DNA from: an uncultured Steroidobacteraceae bacterium | Lineage (GTDB): Bacteria > Chloroflexota > Limnocylindria > QHBO01 | Assembly (NCBI GenBank): GCA_964452225.1 | Contig: CAYVLM010000001.1 | Location: 11,810-44,338 of the forward strand | Reading direction: 5' to 3' | DNA: 32,529 nucleotides | Shown: one piece after another, positions 31,922 through 32,529 of the stretch | Layout: each line of letters starts with the position of its first letter | How positions within the stretch are numbered: position 1 is the first letter of the stretch | Notes under the pieces: model-generated | Databases searched by the model: none | The model's input: only the letters and a program-made list of their open reading frames with translations | What the model was told of the DNA's origin: nothing | Made by a program: the position numbers and the translations under genes

Positions 31922-32529
31922 GCAATATTGACCTCCGGGCGTACGTGTTCCTGGACAGCCTCCAGGCGCAGTACGCCGCGTTTCTGGGCACGGTCGCGCA
32001 GGGGTTCCTGCCGCTGGCCGGCGACGCCTCGCTGTCGGTCGAGGTCTCGCCCGGCATCGAGATCAACCGGCTGACCGACATCGCCCTCAAGTCCACCTCG
32101 GTCAAGCCCGGGATGCAGATCATCGAGCGCTACTACGGCATGCTCGAGGTCCACTCGCCGTCCCAGGCGGAGGTGCGCGCCGCGGGCGCGGCGATCCTGC
32201 GCGAGATCGGGCTCGAGGAGACGGACCGCATCAAGCCACGCGTCTTGTCAAGCCAGATCATCCGCCGGATCGACGACCATCAGGCGCAGCTGGTCAACCG
32301 CACCCGCCACGGCCAGATGCTCATCCCGGGCCAGACGCTCTACGTGCTGGAGCTTGAGCCCGCTGCCTACGCGGCGCTGGCGGCCAACGAGGCCGAGAAG
32401 GCCGCCCACATCAACATCCTCGAGGTCCGCGCGTTCGGTTCCATGGGCCGCGTCTATCTCGGGGGCGAGGAACGAGACATCGACGTCGGCTGGCGAGCGG
32501 CTCTGGCGGCGATCGAGGGGCTGGAGGGC
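31918..32529 (+). CDS. CsoS1D-like tandem-domain BMC-T microcompartment shell protein (3' end outside the window)
   Basis: I translated this by hand; it is absent from the ORF track because no stop falls in the window. The product is [60 protein letters not shown]...[42 protein letters not shown]. This closely parallels the CsoS1D pattern as I remember it ([13 protein letters not shown]...GFLP.PGD....EVSPG....TDIALK...E.EPA.Y...AANEAEKA). ATGA overlap with deoC. Confidence 0.85.
   Translation, partial: MSNIDLRAYVFLDSLQAQYAAFLGTVAQGFLPLAGDASLSVEVSPGIEINRLTDIALKSTSVKPGMQIIERYYGMLEVHSPSQAEVRAAGAAILREIGLEETDRIKPRVLSSQIIRRIDDHQAQLVNRTRHGQMLIPGQTLYVLELEPAAYAALAANEAEKAAHINILEVRAFGSMGRVYLGGEERDIDVGWRAALAAIEGLEG

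Noticed and set aside
1-32529. Mobile elements, integrases, tRNA/rRNA genes, CRISPR arrays and a compositionally distinct island
   Set aside because: I found no transposase or integrase motif, no tRNA-like GTTCGAATC arm and no repeat-spacer array. GC content and codon style look uniform apart from short AT-richer promoter patches at about 24660-24760 and about 29330-29400.

Overview
This is a 32.5-kb, roughly 70% GC, densely coding chromosomal segment. LCP, a DUF4232 anti-sigma factor, a CGNR zinc finger, PIG-L deacetylases and several leaderless-looking starts point to a high-GC Terrabacteria genome, probably Actinomycetota-like. I can support about 31 CDS. I saw no rRNA, tRNA, CRISPR array, transposase or integrase.

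Gene order:
- 56-5188 (+): BMP-family, nucleoside-type ABC importer (binding protein, double ATPase, two permeases).
- 5220-9248 (-): metallophosphoesterase, Mrp/ApbC, PIG-L deacetylase, adenosine deaminase.
- 9349-11199: membrane zinc-ribbon protein, LCP lipoprotein with a PT linker, YjbQ.
- 11203-17456 (-): DUF255/YyaL thioredoxin-fold protein, DUF4232 anti-sigma factor, ECF sigma factor, ABC exporter, second PIG-L deacetylase.
- 17470-17868 (+): orphan CsoR with a matching operator.
- 17889-24638 (-): two unannotated small ORFs, PolX, a polytopic membrane protein, a TPR/HIRAN-like/acidic-tail protein and a 948-aa Zn-ribbon methyltransferase-like protein.
- 24759-25400 (+): CGNR zinc-finger regulator, divergent from a near-consensus promoter buried in phased GTTACA repeats.
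- 25629-29238 (+): translationally coupled metal operon (soluble PRC-MgtE_N-CBS protein, non-canonical NRAMP, CorA).
- 29402-end (+): start of a sugar-phosphate-utilisation (SPU)-type bacterial microcompartment locus (SorC/DeoR regulator, RpiB and DeoC each with an N-terminal encapsulation-peptide-like extension, CsoS1D-like BMC-T shell protein truncated by the window edge).

The best candidate for an undescribed system is the 17889-21581 gene pair. Second-tier candidates are the NRAMP-related Mg-type transporter with a trans MgtE-like sensor and the CGNR/small-ORF/PolX control region. All functional calls rest on motif recognition by eye. No database search was run.
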